Below, in pieces: positions 63,320 through 64,000 of a stretch of DNA of 64,000 nt. Positions within the stretch are counted from its first letter, which is position 1. Each line of letters opens with the position of its first letter. The DNA comes from Octopus sinensis (Eukaryota). Under the pieces are notes generated by a model, which did no database searches, was not told the DNA's origin, and saw nothing but the letters and a program-made list of their open reading frames with translations. The position numbers were made by a program, and so were the translations under genes. The stretch lies in the NCBI RefSeq assembly GCF_006345805.1, contig NC_043002.1:22072001-22136000 (forward strand), read 5' to 3'.

Positions 63320-63670
63320 AGTGAATGTCTGATGACATTCCAGGTGTCGAGTGCTGAACAGTAATCTTCTCTTGATCCAGAATTGCAACTTCATAAAAAA
63401 AGATGAGCTGCGAGAAGGTGTGTCTTACACATGGAGATCACTCTTCGTCAACGTTCAGGAAAATCTTCAGGTAATGCAACTTCAGCACGTTATATCAACA
63501 GCCACGGCATGCCGAGTCCGCCTTTCAGATTGCGCTGGGTGCAGACGGATTGCTTGACCACTGGAAAGCGTCTCCCACAGGAAGTAAAAAAGTAGACACT
63601 CCAGATTCTCCAAACTGAGACTAGAAAAAGGTACAACAAGCAAATGATGGGTGATTCTGGATTTGTGGGG
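63320..63670 (-). mobile_element. Tx1 ORF2 post-RT fragment (diverged)
   Basis: HHLLVVPFSSLSLENLECLLF...SVCTQRNLKGGLGMPWLL...SPCVRHTFSQL...LQFWIKRR. Confidence 0.7.
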
Positions 63671-64000
63671 TCCCTTGGTTGGCCCCAGCTGGTGCTTCTA
63701 TCAGGAAGATTGCATCATTCTTGTGTTCAAATGTTTTATACACTGTGTACTTTTTAAAAATCTCATCTTCCTCTACTTTCCTTTTCTTCACTTCACCTTT
63801 TTGTGCAGCCTCACCCACCACAAATATTGTAAACTGTCTTTGTAATGCCTCCTCATCTGATGCCCCTGTGCAAAATATATCTTCATGTGGCGGTAATTGT
63901 GATGGAGGTGGTGTCGTAGAAGCGTAGAATTGCTATTCAATTCCTAATTTAGCATAGACACCAGTGACATAACACAGGCTACAGAGTTGCTTGTAGTAAC

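Noticed and set aside
63621-63930. Minus-strand 66-aa ORF, extendable to ~100 aa, as a host exon
   Set aside because: Its 3' part overlaps Tx1 homology in another frame, the acceptor is weak, and no motif is recognised.

Overview
AT-rich, microsatellite-dense metazoan genomic DNA. The SINE, R4/Dong, Tx1, Penelope and mariner content looks like an octopod cephalopod; this is inference from recalled repeat families, not a database result. No intact protein-coding gene is supported, and most long ORFs are microsatellite read-through. The main feature is a ~21.4-kb cluster (23277-44689) of initiator tRNA-Met(CAT) genes: 35 full-length copies (about 10 with all stems intact) plus about 9 half or partial copies. 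The cluster is built from nested tandem units and fold-back palindromes whose junctions can be read at base level. A second highlight is a set of minimal type I hammerhead ribozymes on the minus strand. One has a canonical core and lies downstream of a Penelope-like endonuclease remnant (47318-47400). Three lie in a ~605-bp tandem, retrozyme-like array (52749-54407), and one is degenerate (13196-13285). The rest of the window is SINEs, R4/Dong LINE remnants stacked in (TAA)n, Tx1 fragments, a mariner derivative and a MITE. Mobile-element boundaries were read by eye and are approximate.
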